Assembly: GCF_028641065.1 (NCBI RefSeq)
Contig: NC_073387.1
Location: forward strand, 24,366,001 to 24,430,000
DNA: 64,000 nucleotides
Source of the DNA: Leucoraja erinacea
Lineage: Eukaryota
Reading direction: 5' to 3'
Positions within the stretch are counted from its first letter, which is position 1, and every line of letters begins with the position of its first letter. Below are positions 63,557-64,000 of the stretch, in pieces. Under the pieces are notes generated by a model that made no database searches, was not told where the DNA came from, and saw only the letters and a list, made by a program, of their open reading frames with translations. Made by a program: the position numbers and the translations under genes.

Positions 63557-63832
63557 GGTGGTGGAGTTGTTGCCTCACAGTGCCAGGGACCCAGGTTCGA
63601 TTGTGACTACGGGTTCTGTCTGTACGGAGTTTGTATGTTCTCCTGGTGACTGCGTAGGTTTTCTCCGGGATCTCCTGTTTCCTCCCACACTCAAAAGACG
63701 TACTGCTTTGTAATTTGTCCCTAGTGTGCGCAAGATAATGTTAATGTACGGGATTGTTGTCGGCGTGGACTTGGTGGGCCGAAGGACCTGTTTCCGCGCT
63801 GTATCTCTAAACTAAACCAAACTAAACTAAAC
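63557..63832 (+). mobile_element. V-SINE
   Basis: B-box ggttcgatt, V-domain, (ctaaa)n tail. Confidence 0.82.
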
Positions 63833-63906
63833 TCGACGTACTGAATCTCCTCAGCTTCTTGTTGATGTTGATGTTGATGGGCTTTCTTTGTGACTGTGTC
63901 CTGCAG

Positions 63907-64000
63907 AAGAAGTACGTGCTGAAGGGATCGATCGAGGTGTCGAGGATCAAGTGCGTGGAGATCGTGCTGACTGACATGAGTCTGCCGTGTAACTACAAAT
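63907..64000 (+). CDS. ITK: ITK coding exon 2 (partial, runs off window)
   Basis: ctgcag|KKYVLKGSIEVSRIKCVEIVLTDMSLPCNYK, matching ITK KKRTLKGSIELSRIKCVEIV...PCHYK; phase 0 fits exon 1. Confidence 0.9.

Overview
Eukaryotic genomic DNA, most likely a cartilaginous fish of the skate/ray group (inferred from the V-SINE, CR1, Rex1 and Penelope repeat content, not from a database search). Five protein-coding genes were reconstructed by hand with GT-AG splice sites: ZNHIT2 (+, 2 coding exons, 403 aa), HDAC3 (-, 15 coding exons, 1287 nt, 428 aa), RELL2 (+, 6 coding exons, last one uncertain), MED7 (+, single coding exon, 227 aa) and the first two coding exons of ITK (+, runs off the window). The rest is dense in transposon debris: CR1, Rex1/Babar, Tx1/L1 and Nimb/I LINEs, V-SINEs, Penelope-like fragments, hAT and Harbinger MITEs, one solo LTR and Helitron-like elements. 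There is a 233-nt assembly gap. The most notable signals are (1) a head-to-tail array of at least five Helitron-like units at the left edge, (2) dispersed minimal hammerhead-ribozyme motifs in Penelope-derived repeats, (3) a 32-bp tandem repeat of CRE/C-EBP-type sites just upstream of the HDAC3 start codon, with a solo LTR 1.1 kb further upstream, (4) an intron in ZNHIT2, which is intronless in human, and (5) HDAC3-RELL2 lying directly next to MED7-ITK. No wholly new protein-coding system was found.
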